A DNA stretch of 64,000 bases from Candidatus Marinacidobacterales bacterium (lineage in GTDB: Bacteria > Acidobacteriota > Vicinamibacteria > Marinacidobacterales > DATDRI01), in contig OZ245365.1 of the NCBI GenBank assembly GCA_965226495.1, positions 5,184,001 through 5,248,000 on the forward strand. The letters are read 5' to 3'. Each line of letters opens with the position of its first letter. Within the stretch, counting starts at the first letter, position 1. This document shows positions 9,972-20,223 of this stretch, in pieces. The notes beneath the pieces are model-generated. The model did not search any database, was not told where the DNA came from, and was given only the letters and a program-made list of their open reading frames with translations. The translations under genes and the position numbers were made by a program.

Positions 9972-11267
9972 TCAGTCGAGTAGGACAGCCATCGCCCAAT
10001 CCAAATCCAGAGGCTCTCCGTCCCACGCGGGAAGGCTGGTCCTGGCGTCGATCTCGAGGCCGAGGTCGCGATTACGTTCCATGAGCACCCCGACAGGATC
10101 GTTGACTACTTTGGGCGATGGCGGCACGGGTGGCAGCAATCTCCCATTCGGCCGATAGAACATAGGCTCGCTGTTGGGTGGGAACTCCACCCGAAATCCT
10201 TCTTCGTGAACGGATCGGTGATGCCTTCGGCACAACAGAACGAGGTTATCGAGCTTGGTCTCCCCGCCATTGGCCCAATGCTCTATGTGGTGGGCATCGC
10301 AGTACTTGAGGCCACAGCCCGGAAAGCGGCAGGTCCGGTCTCGATGGGTCAGAGCTCGACGGATCGCGGGCGGGACGGTGCGGGTCTTTCGCCCTACATC
10401 TAATACTGTCCCATCTTCGTCGTGGGTCATCACGACCTTGCTGGCATCGCAGGCGATGCGCCGGGACGTTTCCGCGGAAACGTAGGTGCCATCCTCGACA
10501 ACTGACTGGCCCAGCTGGTTGGGGTCTTCCAAAACCACTTTGTCTACGTGGACGACGACTTGGTAGCGATCGCTACCATCATTCTTGGCCTCGAGTGCCC
10601 TCTCTGCAACCAAGCCGATCGCGTCGGCTCGGCGTTGCTCGTGGGTAGGCGTTTCCGCGGGAACGTCTTTGGGTACTTCGGTAACAGATTCCAGGGCGCG
10701 GAGAACCGCTGCTCCTACTTCCGGGGTCAGCCTTCCCCGGATGACGAGCATCCCATCCTCATCAGTGTAGGTCTGCAGATAGCGTTTCCGGTGCAGTCGA
10801 TTGGCCTCGTCACGCTCTTTAGAACCCACCGCCCGGCGCCAGGCTCGGACGATTCGCTCCACATGAGAGGCCGTACCACCGCGCGCCACGCCCAAGAGCT
10901 TCTCCTCGTTTTCCGGCCTTGCGACCCGGGTGATGGCCCGCACTTTAGAGTAAGAGACCTCCCCCTTATCCATGGACTCACTGATGAGCGGCAGATGCTT
11001 GAGGGCTCGCGAGACTCGCACATGCTCACGGGCGGCGCCTAGGTTGAGACCTGCCCGCCAGCTCAGCCAATGGGCACACGAGCGAAAGTCCTCCCAACCA
11101 GCGCCTTCGTCAAACTCGCGAATCAGCACCAACATCCGGTAGGTTGCTGCCGCGAGGTGCGCGGAGAGCTCCGCGCTCTCGTCGCCGATGCGTCGCATCC
11201 TCCTCACGTTCTCGCTGTGATGGGAATCGTCCAAGTAAACCGGTCCTTCCAAGATCTCTGCCGACAT
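9972..11267 (-). CDS. DUF222-domain HNH endonuclease
   Basis: SCAHWLSWR, RRADA, RRIACDA, RDRTCRFPGC...DAHHIEHWANGGETKLDNLVLLCRRHH. Confidence 0.92.
   Translation of the reverse strand: MSAEILEGPVYLDDSHHSENVRRMRRIGDESAELSAHLAAATYRMLVLIREFDEGAGWEDFRSCAHWLSWRAGLNLGAAREHVRVSRALKHLPLISESMDKGEVSYSKVRAITRVARPENEEKLLGVARGGTASHVERIVRAWRRAVGSKERDEANRLHRKRYLQTYTDEDGMLVIRGRLTPEVGAAVLRALESVTEVPKDVPAETPTHEQRRADAIGLVAERALEAKNDGSDRYQVVVHVDKVVLEDPNQLGQSVVEDGTYVSAETSRRIACDASKVVMTHDEDGTVLDVGRKTRTVPPAIRRALTHRDRTCRFPGCGLKYCDAHHIEHWANGGETKLDNLVLLCRRHHRSVHEEGFRVEFPPNSEPMFYRPNGRLLPPVPPSPKVVNDPVGVLMERNRDLGLEIDARTSLPAWDGEPLDLDWAMAVLLD
10466..10483. repeat. Perfect 18-bp intragenic palindrome acgtttccgcggaaacgt
   Basis: Self-complementary; a one-mismatch 16-bp copy lies at 10650..10665. 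Confidence 0.85.
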
Positions 11268-11522
11268 TTTCGATCTCCTTAGACCTATTATAGGAACGCT
11301 CTTTTTCTCGCCTTAGGGAGCTTCATGTGGACGGATAGATCCTTGTCCTAACTTTTTTGTCTCGAGACTTAAATAGCGTTCTTAGAGAACGTGTGCGATG
11401 CGGTAGGGAGGACTCTGGAGACGATCTGCAACGAAGCAAGCCTGTGTTGTGAAATTCTGTCAAGGAAAAGGTAGATTTTTTTTCAGTGAACGGGAACCCG
11501 TCGCTTCAGGTCCTCGAATCAA

Positions 11523-11636
11523 AGTGACGTCGTAGCTCGGAGCATTAGGTCCTCCGGATTCGAACTTGTCCTGGAAGAGCATTTCGGGCCTGCCGACACT
11601 GAGCTCCGGTCCCAACTTCATGGGCACAACCATCAG
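11523..11636 (-). pseudogene. Remnant of the C-terminal propeller blade of another kinase/PD40 gene
   Basis: LMVVPMKLGPELSVGRPEMLFQDKFESGGPNAPSYDV resembles LWSVSVQTSPRFTAGNPTVVFEDKY...DYDI of the adjacent kinase. Confidence 0.6.
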
Positions 11637-11788
11637 AAGAAACCTTCGCTCGAATGGGCTTAGTAGTCGCCGAATCTAGCTCCGCAGCCCGTTCCATAGA
11701 ACAGCAGCTCATGCCTCCAGGGACGCAATCTGTTCCATAGAAGGGCATGCTGTGCCGAAGCCAAGGGGAAGAGGGGAACTGTAACGAC

Positions 11789-14671
11789 TTAGTTGGTGGG
11801 AACCAATCGATTCAACTCTTGAAACCAATTGAGGACGACGACGATTTCCCTCAACCCGGCTTGGCGTTCCGGTTGGATCATGACGAAGCGCTGGCCGTCG
11901 GGCGAGATGTCGTAGTCGCGGAGAGACCAGGTGAGGCCCAAGCCGTATTTGTCCTCGAACACCACTGTCGGATTGCCGGCGGTAAATCGCGGTGATGTTT
12001 GGACGCTGACTGACCACAACTTGCCGTCGGCGCGGTAGAAGAGCTCCTTCCCGTCCCTCGACCAGAGGGGCTCGACGCCGCCTTCGGTTGAGATCGGGTA
12101 CCGGCCGCCGGGGCCGGGGTAGGCGCGGACGTAGACTTCGTAGCGTCCGGATTCATCGGACGTGTATGCAATCCATTTTCCATCCGGGGAGAATTGCGCC
12201 GCCTCTTCGCGGAAGGGCGTGGCGAGAAAGGGCTCGGACTTCGTCTCTCCCGTAAGCGAAAGCATGTAGATGTCATTGTCGTAGGTCGGCGAGGTTCTCA
12301 TAAACGCCAAGACGGAGCCGTCGGGTGAGAAAGAAAGAGGACGTTGCACGAATCCTGGCTCGCTCTGGGTGAGTCTTTCGGTCGCGCCGCTTCCGTCGGC
12401 GGGCTTCCAGAAAAGACCGGGTGCGTCGTCGCGGTTCGACTGAAACGCCACGCGGCGGCCATCCGGGGTCCATCTAGGCAGGCCTTCTCTAGCCTCGGCC
12501 AGCGTCAGGCGGGTCAAGGTTTCGCGAGGCACATCGTAGACCCAGATGTCGGCGTTACCTTCGAAATCGTAGGAAAGATCGACCGCGATGCGGCGGCCAT
12601 CGGGAGATATCCGAGGGCTCCCGAACGGGCGCTGTTCGTTGGTCACCGGTCGGGCCTCTCCCTCGCGGTTGACCCAGACTAGCTTGTTCTCCGGCGCCGA
12701 GCTTCCTGGTACGTAGACGAGCGTTCCGTCATCGGCGAGCGCGAAGTTCGAGAAGCTCGACATCGAGCTCCGCACGCCTTCGAGCACGGGAACAGAAGGA
12801 CCGGTGACTTCCAGGCGCTTGGTGTTGAAAGGCGCTGCGAGAAGTCGTCCGCCTTGCGCAAAGACAAGATGGCCGGTCGGTGAGTGGTGTGCGGTGACGG
12901 TTTTTTCTATGAGGGTTCGGTACGTGCCCGTGCTGAGGGAGAGCACACCGACCTCGGGATCGTCACTCCATACGCGTCCCGCTCTCGCAACGAGAAGGTT
13001 CTCTCCGCCGGGAAGCGCTTCTAGCGGGTAGTGCTGTTTCCCCTCTTCTGGTTTGGAAACGATCTGAGGTGTGCCGCCCGTAGCCGAGACCTTCGTGACT
13101 CCGGGTCCAGCGGAGCGGGAGCGGAAATAGATCTGATCATCGAACCCCCATACGGCTCCGCGAAGGTGGGGAGCGTTGCACAGGGTTGCGGGCGTTCCGC
13201 CGGCCACCGCCACCTTCTTGAGCTTGTCGTTGGCGACGAACCCGATCGAGTTTCCATCCGGTGAGAAGAAGGGATGCCAAGTTGCCCCTTCCGTTCCGTC
13301 GATGGGCTGGGCATCGAGCTGATCCATGGAGCGAACAAAAAGCTTGGTCACCTTCTCGTCTTCGGCGATGAACGCGAGGCGTGTACCGTCCGGGGAGATC
13401 GCAATGGCTTGCCCGATTTTCGGAAGCGGCGGCGTCGAGAGAGTCAGTCTCGTGACCGGATCGGATGATGTGGGAGTGGCTCCCATCCAGCTCCAAAGGC
13501 CTACGGCGGCTGCGGCGAGACCAAGTACTCCGGCCACGACCCAAGGCAAAACACGCTTCTGGAAAGAAGCGGACTCGGCAGCCGCTTCCTGCGGAGCCCA
13601 AGCCGGCTCGTTCAATGCTTCTTCGAGCTCGATGCGGATGTCCCACACGTCGCGGAAACGCCTCTGGGGATCCTTGTTCAAACACCGACGCAGCACGCGA
13701 CGGATGCTCTCGGGAGTCGTCTCCGGCAACGCTTCCCAGTCCGGCTCGTTAGAGAGAATCTGCGCGATGGTGTCGGAGATCGTCGCTCCGTGGAAGAGTG
13801 GTTCGCCGACAAGAGTTTCGTAAAGACAGCATCCGAAGGCCCAGATGTCAGTTCTTTGGTCGACGCGCTTGCCTCGCGCCTGCTCGGGGCTCATGTAAGT
13901 CGCGGTACCAAGAATGATTCCGCTGCGAGTGCCTTGAATACCCGTGATGGCCGATGTCGGAGTGCCGGGAGCCGCGTCTTCCTCGAACGCCTTCGCCAGA
14001 CCGAAATCCAAGACTTTGACCTTCCCATCGGGCGTGATCTTGATGTTGGCGGGTTTCAAGTCGCGGTGGATGATCTTTCGATCGTGGGCGGCCTCCATGG
14101 CTTCGGCGATTTGCTTGAAGAGAGGAAGAGCCTCTTCTAAGGGCAGGCGGTCCGACTTTGCCAAAGCATCCGCGAGCGTTTCACCTGGAACCAACTCGAG
14201 GACCAGAAAGGGAACTTCGCCCAGGTGCCCAATCTCATGAATGGTGGCGATGTTGGGATGATTCAACGATGCCAGGACCCGGGCCTCCCGTTCGAATCGT
14301 GCGAGCCGGTCTTTATCTTGGGCAAACGCATCGGGGAGTACTTTTAGAGCCACCGGACGATCGAGCTTGGTGTCCATCGCCCGGTAGACGACGCCCATCC
14401 CGCCCCGACCGACCTCCTCGAGGATCCGGTAGTGGGAGACGACGCGGCCTTCGAGCTTGGGGTCTTCGGCGTCCGCTGGGAGGTCCGCGACCGGGGATTT
14501 TTCTAGAAAGCTGTCTGAATCCTCGCTGGCGGCGAGCAGGGACTCCACCTCTTTTCGGAGCTCCGCATCGCCCACACAGGACTTGTCCAGGAACGCGGTC
14601 CTCCCCCCAGCGGGCAGTTCTAGGGCGGCGTCTAGCACCTCTTTGACGCGCTCCCAGCGCTCGGGTTTCAT
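11789..14671 (-). CDS. Ser/Thr protein kinase with TM helix and PD40/TolB-like beta-propeller
   Basis: MKPERWERVKEVL N-terminus, GRGGMGVV, HRDLKPAN, DFG, many SPDG repeats, VVLNWFQELNRLVP end. Confidence 0.95.
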   Translation of the reverse strand: MKPERWERVKEVLDAALELPAGGRTAFLDKSCVGDAELRKEVESLLAASEDSDSFLEKSPVADLPADAEDPKLEGRVVSHYRILEEVGRGGMGVVYRAMDTKLDRPVALKVLPDAFAQDKDRLARFEREARVLASLNHPNIATIHEIGHLGEVPFLVLELVPGETLADALAKSDRLPLEEALPLFKQIAEAMEAAHDRKIIHRDLKPANIKITPDGKVKVLDFGLAKAFEEDAAPGTPTSAITGIQGTRSGIILGTATYMSPEQARGKRVDQRTDIWAFGCCLYETLVGEPLFHGATISDTIAQILSNEPDWEALPETTPESIRRVLRRCLNKDPQRRFRDVWDIRIELEEALNEPAWAPQEAAAESASFQKRVLPWVVAGVLGLAAAAVGLWSWMGATPTSSDPVTRLTLSTPPLPKIGQAIAISPDGTRLAFIAEDEKVTKLFVRSMDQLDAQPIDGTEGATWHPFFSPDGNSIGFVANDKLKKVAVAGGTPATLCNAPHLRGAVWGFDDQIYFRSRSAGPGVTKVSATGGTPQIVSKPEEGKQHYPLEALPGGENLLVARAGRVWSDDPEVGVLSLSTGTYRTLIEKTVTAHHSPTGHLVFAQGGRLLAAPFNTKRLEVTGPSVPVLEGVRSSMSSFSNFALADDGTLVYVPGSSAPENKLVWVNREGEARPVTNEQRPFGSPRISPDGRRIAVDLSYDFEGNADIWVYDVPRETLTRLTLAEAREGLPRWTPDGRRVAFQSNRDDAPGLFWKPADGSGATERLTQSEPGFVQRPLSFSPDGSVLAFMRTSPTYDNDIYMLSLTGETKSEPFLATPFREEAAQFSPDGKWIAYTSDESGRYEVYVRAYPGPGGRYPISTEGGVEPLWSRDGKELFYRADGKLWSVSVQTSPRFTAGNPTVVFEDKYGLGLTWSLRDYDISPDGQRFVMIQPERQAGLREIVVVLNWFQELNRLVPTN

Positions 14672-14681
14672 TGGAGATGCA

Positions 14682-14711
14682 AAAATAGACCCTGCCACGG
14701 TGAAAAGTCAA
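14682..14711 (-). promoter_or_regulatory. Putative sigma70-type promoter of kinase gene
   Basis: TTGACT-N18-TATTTT, 10 nt before the ATG and no obvious RBS. Confidence 0.55.
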
Positions 14712-14914
14712 AAGGGGGAGGCGGGGTTGCCGGACGCCCCCCCATGCCTTGACAGGCTGCCAGGATCTCAAGTATTCTCCCCATCACCCCTGAGGTCGCC
14801 GGCCCGGGAGCCATTTGGGGCCATTTTTCAATTTTTGCAGGGATCTCCCGCTGGCGGCGTATACTCGGTCATAAAAACTTGGCTCGGCGGTCGCCTTTTT
14901 AGAGGGAAGTGTCT

Positions 14915-16426
14915 ATGACGGTACACCTAGTTAATCCGAGCGACTTGTCGTTCGGTATGAGCGTCATTACCCCACGCTGGCTCTTTGTCCTGGCCGCTGC
15001 GACTCCTCGCCAATACGGAGACCCTCGCATCATAGATGAGACCATCGAGCATTTTGATCCAGCCACGGTTGAGCCGGGCGATGTGGTCGGGATTGGCATC
15101 CATACCCTAAACGCACTGCGCGGCTACAAAGTAGGAAAGATGGCGCGCGAGGCGGGTGCCCGCGTCATCTTTGGCGGCGTTCACGCGACGCTCTATCCCC
15201 AGGAATCCATCGAGTTGGGGGGGGCTCACGGTGTCGTGCTGGGTGATGGCGATCAGATGTGGGGAGAGGTGATCGCTGACTGTATGAACGGCGGACCCCG
15301 CGAGCTCTACCAAGCTGGACGCATCGAGGCGGAGCACTTCAAGCCCGCCCGTTGGGACCTCATGCCCACCGACAAATATATGTTGGCTTCGGTGCAGACG
15401 GTGCGAGGGTGCCCGAAGCATTGCTCTTTCTGCTCGGTTTGGCGAACCGATGGACAGCGCCCGCGCCAGCGCGCGTCAGACGCCGTGCTCGAAGAGATCG
15501 TCGAGCTTCGTCGCATGGGGTTTCGCTACATTGCGCTTGCCGACGACAACTTCTATCCAGTCACGCTGGAAGACCTAGAGCTTGCGGCTAAACGCGAGGA
15601 CAAGAGCCGGCTGCACGAATTAGAGGCCATTCGCCAGGAACGGTTCGATTTGATGGCCCGTCTCGCCGAGCTGCCGAGCGATCTAGTGTTCATGACTCAG
15701 ATCACGATGGAAGCCGCCGACGACCTCGAGTTCTTGGAAGCGATGAACAAGGCGCACATCAAGGGCGCCTTGGTCGGCGTCGAATCCGTGACTCCGGAGG
15801 GACTGAAGTCGGTCTTCAAGGACTTCAACAGGGCCGGGGACGATCTGGTAAAGCAGCTGCAGCGATTTCGCGAGCACAAGATCTACATCCTGGGCTCTTT
15901 TATCTTCGGGCTATCCACCGACCGACCCGACACGTTTAATCTCACCGCCGATATCGCGCACAAAGCCGGTGTGGTGTTCGCTCAGTTTCTGCCGCTCATC
16001 CCCCTTCCCGGCACGGTGGATTTCGAGAGCTGGGAAAAAGACGTGAAGAGCAAAGGAGACGAGGTTGCAGGCGTGCCGGTGAGCCGATATTGGCTCATCC
16101 CGCAGCCGCTTCGCCCCAAGATGTACACGCCCCACCCGCTCATGTCGGCCGCCGAAATCACGCAGCGCACGCAGGGAGTCTGGGACCGTTTCTACAGGCT
16201 GCCGTCTATTTGGGAGCGCTCCAACATCACCAAGTCGATTCGCGGACGGCTGTCCTTCTTGTTGGTCTCCAAGCTCTACCGGCAAATGTATGCGAAATCC
16301 GGCTTCGCCACCGACAGTGCCCGAACCAAGAAGGCCAAGAGGTGGACGCAGTGGATCGCTTCCCCTCTCCGGCGCCTGTTCCGGGCGGCCCCGATGCCGG
16401 ACCTGCAGGTGCCACGAAGCACATAG
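14915..16426 (+). CDS. B12-binding-domain radical SAM protein
   Basis: GGVHATLYP cobalamin-domain motif; RGCPKHCSFC (CxxxCxxC); ADDNF. Confidence 0.9.
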   Translation: MTVHLVNPSDLSFGMSVITPRWLFVLAAATPRQYGDPRIIDETIEHFDPATVEPGDVVGIGIHTLNALRGYKVGKMAREAGARVIFGGVHATLYPQESIELGGAHGVVLGDGDQMWGEVIADCMNGGPRELYQAGRIEAEHFKPARWDLMPTDKYMLASVQTVRGCPKHCSFCSVWRTDGQRPRQRASDAVLEEIVELRRMGFRYIALADDNFYPVTLEDLELAAKREDKSRLHELEAIRQERFDLMARLAELPSDLVFMTQITMEAADDLEFLEAMNKAHIKGALVGVESVTPEGLKSVFKDFNRAGDDLVKQLQRFREHKIYILGSFIFGLSTDRPDTFNLTADIAHKAGVVFAQFLPLIPLPGTVDFESWEKDVKSKGDEVAGVPVSRYWLIPQPLRPKMYTPHPLMSAAEITQRTQGVWDRFYRLPSIWERSNITKSIRGRLSFLLVSKLYRQMYAKSGFATDSARTKKAKRWTQWIASPLRRLFRAAPMPDLQVPRST

Positions 16427-16464
16427 CAACGTAGGGCAGCTGTACAAGAGTCTCCCGAATCGAC

Positions 16465-18378
16465 TTGACTGAGACCCTCGACCTGTGGGGTGAGCCCCTT
16501 TTTACGCGAACCGAAGTACGGCTGTACCGAAAGGAACCAGACTACAGCCGCCCACGTCTTACCATTGCCAAGGACAAAGCCCGGCTCATCCAGGAAAAGC
16601 TCGCGATTCTATATGGTGATCGGGCCGAAACTTGTTATTCGGAGGTGGAACGCATCCTACGCGTGCACCACGCCCACAAGACTCCGGAAATGCTCGAAGA
16701 CGAAGAGGTGTTTCGGCCTGAGGATCGGTTCACCGAAAAAGACATCGTCGCCATCACCTATCCCGACCAGCTCGTCAAGCCCGGTGTGCCACCCCTGGCC
16801 TTCCTCGGCCAACTGCTGAACATCTTTCTCACCGGCATCATCAATACCATCCACATTCTCCCCTTCTACCCATACTCCTCGGATCGCGGATTCTCGGTCA
16901 TCGATTATCGACAGGTCGATCCGCGTATGGGTACCTGGAACGACATCGAGCGATTGAGCCTCAGCTTCCACCTCATGTTCGATGGTGTCATCAACCATGT
17001 CTCTTCCAAGAGCGAGTGGTTCGAAGAGTTTTTGAACGGCAATCCGGAATATGAGGATTTCTTCACAGTCTTCGATGCAAAACATGAGGTCACCGAAGAC
17101 CACCGGCGTCTCATCTTGAGACCCCGCACGTCCGATCTATTGACTCCTTTCCAGACCATCAATGGAACGCGGTATGTGTGGACGACGTTTAGCTCCGACC
17201 AGATCGATCTGAACTACAAGAACGAGAAGGTGCTGTTCCGGATTCTGGATATCCTTCTTTATTACGTGCGAAAGGGCGCAGATCTATTGCGGCTAGATGC
17301 CGCCACCTTCCTGTGGGCTGAACTGGGGACGTCTTGTGCACATCTGTTGGAAACGCACGCCCTCATACAGCTTCTTCGTGCCGTCTTCGACGTCGCGGCT
17401 CCCAAGGTCTCGTTGATCACGGAGACCAACGTGCCTCACGCCGATAACATCAGCTACTTCGGAGACGGGACTGACGAAGCGCACATGGTCTATAACTTCT
17501 CTCTGCCTCCGCTGGTGCTTCACTCCCTGCAAACCGGCAACTGCGAAAAGCTAACGCTCTGGGCGGCGCAGCTCGAAAAGCCATCCGAGCTCTGTACCTA
17601 CTTCAATTTCCTCGACTCCCATGACGGCATCGGACTTCTCGGCGCCCGAGACATCTTGACCGATGACGAGATCGAGACCTTGGTCAAGAGGGTCGAATCT
17701 CACGGGGGACTGGTCTCTTATCGGGCGGACGGGCAGGGCTCCATAACTCCCTATGAGCTGAACATCACATGGTTCGATGCCCTCAACTCGCCCAACGGCT
17801 CCGACTCGGACGAGGAGAAGGTGAACCGTTTCATCGCTTCCCGGGCGATTTCACTGGCCCTGGCCGGCGTGCCCGCGGTCTACCTTCCCGGCATCGCCGG
17901 GACCCAGCTGGTCAAACAGGTGACGTTGGGGGAGCTCGACGAGCCACGAAGCATCAGTCGGCAAAGGGGGGACCCGGCCGCGTTCGGCGAGAAGATGACC
18001 GACTCCAATTCGGTGGCTTACCGAATCGTAAAACGCTTCCGGGACATGGCAGAACGACGAAACTCCTGTCCAGCCTTTCATCCGAACGGCGCACAACGTG
18101 TCATTTCCGGCAACCACGCGGTTTTCACGCTCGTTCGTAGATCACCGGACGGGAGTCAAACGGTGTTGGCGCTGACCAACGTCTCCGCATGCCAGCAGCC
18201 AGCTCAGATCGAGAACGAGCAAATCGGAGTGACGGCGCCTTTATGGAAGGACATGCTCGGCGAGCGCAACGTCCCCTCGGTGGACGGACGATTGAAGCTC
18301 GCCGTGAAGCCCTACGAAGTGCTTTGGCTGGAGCCCGCGTCAGGTTTTCACTCTATAGCCGAATGCGCTGACACCTAG
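16465..18378 (+). CDS. GH13 sucrose/glucosylglycerate phosphorylase-family protein
   Basis: IHILPFYPYSSDRGFSVIDY, WTTFSSDQIDLNY, RLDA, ITETNVPH, SHDGIG. Confidence 0.9.
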   Translation: MTETLDLWGEPLFTRTEVRLYRKEPDYSRPRLTIAKDKARLIQEKLAILYGDRAETCYSEVERILRVHHAHKTPEMLEDEEVFRPEDRFTEKDIVAITYPDQLVKPGVPPLAFLGQLLNIFLTGIINTIHILPFYPYSSDRGFSVIDYRQVDPRMGTWNDIERLSLSFHLMFDGVINHVSSKSEWFEEFLNGNPEYEDFFTVFDAKHEVTEDHRRLILRPRTSDLLTPFQTINGTRYVWTTFSSDQIDLNYKNEKVLFRILDILLYYVRKGADLLRLDAATFLWAELGTSCAHLLETHALIQLLRAVFDVAAPKVSLITETNVPHADNISYFGDGTDEAHMVYNFSLPPLVLHSLQTGNCEKLTLWAAQLEKPSELCTYFNFLDSHDGIGLLGARDILTDDEIETLVKRVESHGGLVSYRADGQGSITPYELNITWFDALNSPNGSDSDEEKVNRFIASRAISLALAGVPAVYLPGIAGTQLVKQVTLGELDEPRSISRQRGDPAAFGEKMTDSNSVAYRIVKRFRDMAERRNSCPAFHPNGAQRVISGNHAVFTLVRRSPDGSQTVLALTNVSACQQPAQIENEQIGVTAPLWKDMLGERNVPSVDGRLKLAVKPYEVLWLEPASGFHSIAECADT

Positions 18379-19736
18379 GTCTTGGCCGCCGATTTTCCCC
18401 GGCTCCAAAGTTGCTTGATGATCTCTTTCGCCCCGAGCAGATGGGCGTCGAGGGCGGCGAGGGTATTCTTCAGGATCTTGCCCTTGAGCTGTACGTTACT
18501 CTCCAGAAAAACCTGCAGCTTCTCTCTTGGGATGAGGATGTAGCTTCCGTCGGTCGCCGCCACCACGGTGACCTTGGCTTTTTGAGGGCCGACGACCGTC
18601 ATCTCCGCGAAATGCTCTCCTTTCTCGAAGCGTGCGATGCGGATGTCCTTCCCGTCCATGTTCATGCCGATATCCAGCTGTCCCTTTTGGTTGATAATAA
18701 CTCCCGGTAACGACTCGTTTTCGTTAATGATGCGCTCACCTGCTTTGTAATCGACCCTATCGGCCAGATTGAGAACCGCCCGTATCTCATCGAAGGTCAG
18801 GTCGCGAAACAAAATGTTCTCTTCGAAGAAACTCCTGTCCTCTTCCACGTGAACCAAGTGAGGTACTTCGGCATCGACGGGCGCGGGGCTCGGCGTCGCG
18901 GCAGGAGACACATTCTGTGTCGCCGCACCGCCTTCTTTCAGGGTGCGGTAGCGCTCTTGCACGTCTTTGTAGGTAAGATCCTTTTCGAGGATTTGGGTAT
19001 AGATCCCCTTCGCGGTATCTGCCTGACCGGCAGACTCATATAACTTGGCGAGGCCATAGAAGACGCCCATGTTCTCGGAATCGATGGCGGCATTCTGCGT
19101 AATCTCCTCATACTTCTGAATCGCCAACTCAGAAAAACCCATTTCGTCGAGAATCGGACCGAGAAGTGACACGGACTGAGGGTAGCTAGGATCATCGGTC
19201 GAGACCTTCTGGAGACACTCGAGAGCCGCCGTCTTGTCCCCAGCCCGGACAAACGCCTCGCCAGCAAGGAAGCGCTCTTCGGCCAACTGGTAGTTCCGAC
19301 CGGCATCCGGCCACTGATCCGCCTGCGCGAACAAAGGAGCGGCCCGGCCATAGGAACCACCTCGTTCGAACATTTCGGCACACCTTGCGACGTCGCCCAG
19401 CTGTCCGTAGATGTCGGCGGCCGAGCCGAAGTCACCACCCTTGGCGAAGTTTTCGGCAGCCTCCTTTTTCATTTCCAAGCTCTCGAACACTTGGGCCGCC
19501 TTGTAGTAGTCCTTAGCCTGCAAGAAAACGTCGGCCAGCGGCTTGGCAAGCTGCCCCCTTCCCACTAGATTCATGAGCTCGTATCCAACATCTTCCTTGC
19601 AGCGACGATACAAGTTGGCCGCCTTGTCCGGCTCGTTCCCCTTCAACGAAGCGATGACACCGTTGATGAGATCCTTCTTCGTGACAACGGCCTGTTTTTC
19701 GGGTGAAAGTCCGGGCTCCAGGGGTTGAACCGACAT
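18375..19736 (-). CDS. TPR-like repeat protein with C-terminal cyclic-nucleotide-binding domain
   Basis: Helical AAxxF repeats, YKDVQERY; LFRDLT...GEHFAEM...VTVVA cNMP-like fold; GAGG RBS. Confidence 0.8.
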   Translation of the reverse strand: MSVQPLEPGLSPEKQAVVTKKDLINGVIASLKGNEPDKAANLYRRCKEDVGYELMNLVGRGQLAKPLADVFLQAKDYYKAAQVFESLEMKKEAAENFAKGGDFGSAADIYGQLGDVARCAEMFERGGSYGRAAPLFAQADQWPDAGRNYQLAEERFLAGEAFVRAGDKTAALECLQKVSTDDPSYPQSVSLLGPILDEMGFSELAIQKYEEITQNAAIDSENMGVFYGLAKLYESAGQADTAKGIYTQILEKDLTYKDVQERYRTLKEGGAATQNVSPAATPSPAPVDAEVPHLVHVEEDRSFFEENILFRDLTFDEIRAVLNLADRVDYKAGERIINENESLPGVIINQKGQLDIGMNMDGKDIRIARFEKGEHFAEMTVVGPQKAKVTVVAATDGSYILIPREKLQVFLESNVQLKGKILKNTLAALDAHLLGAKEIIKQLWSRGKSAAKT

Positions 19737-19821
19737 AAAACACCTCGTTAGGTTGTTGGGAAAGGTGATGCTAGTTCGAAGTAGTGGTGGGACGCAAGTG
19801 ACTCGATCGCTGACTATGCCG

Positions 19822-20223
19822 TTACCAGCGGATGAGGGATAGCCCAGGAATGCGAGGGAAACTTCTTTCGTCCCTTGTTACCACTTCCATGCCCCTCGCC
19901 ATCGCAGTGGCAGCGATGATCAGATCATGCGCTCCGATGGTCGTCCCCTTACTGGCTAGACGAGCCGATAGACGAGCGTGCGTCCTCGCAGAAACCAGGT
20001 CGAACGCGATGACTGGAATCCGGGACAAGAGCGTTTCAACGTAGGCCTCGCGGCGCGAGCGGCGGTCTTCGCGTTGAGCCCGGTGAACACCGTGAAGCAG
20101 CTCCGAGGCCGTGATAGAAGAAACGGCGAAACCTGTTTCTTCGTGCTCCTCGAGGAGTGAATCCAGGTCGACGGTGCCTCGCTCGGCCGCCACCAAGATG
20201 CTCGAGTCGATCAACGCTCCCAC
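19822..20223 (-). CDS. vapC: VapC/PIN-domain toxin
   Basis: LIDSSIL, ITASELLHG, GAHDLIIAATA, VVTRDERSF. Confidence 0.92.
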   Translation of the reverse strand: MGALIDSSILVAAERGTVDLDSLLEEHEETGFAVSSITASELLHGVHRAQREDRRSRREAYVETLLSRIPVIAFDLVSARTHARLSARLASKGTTIGAHDLIIAATAMARGMEVVTRDERSFPRIPGLSLIRW

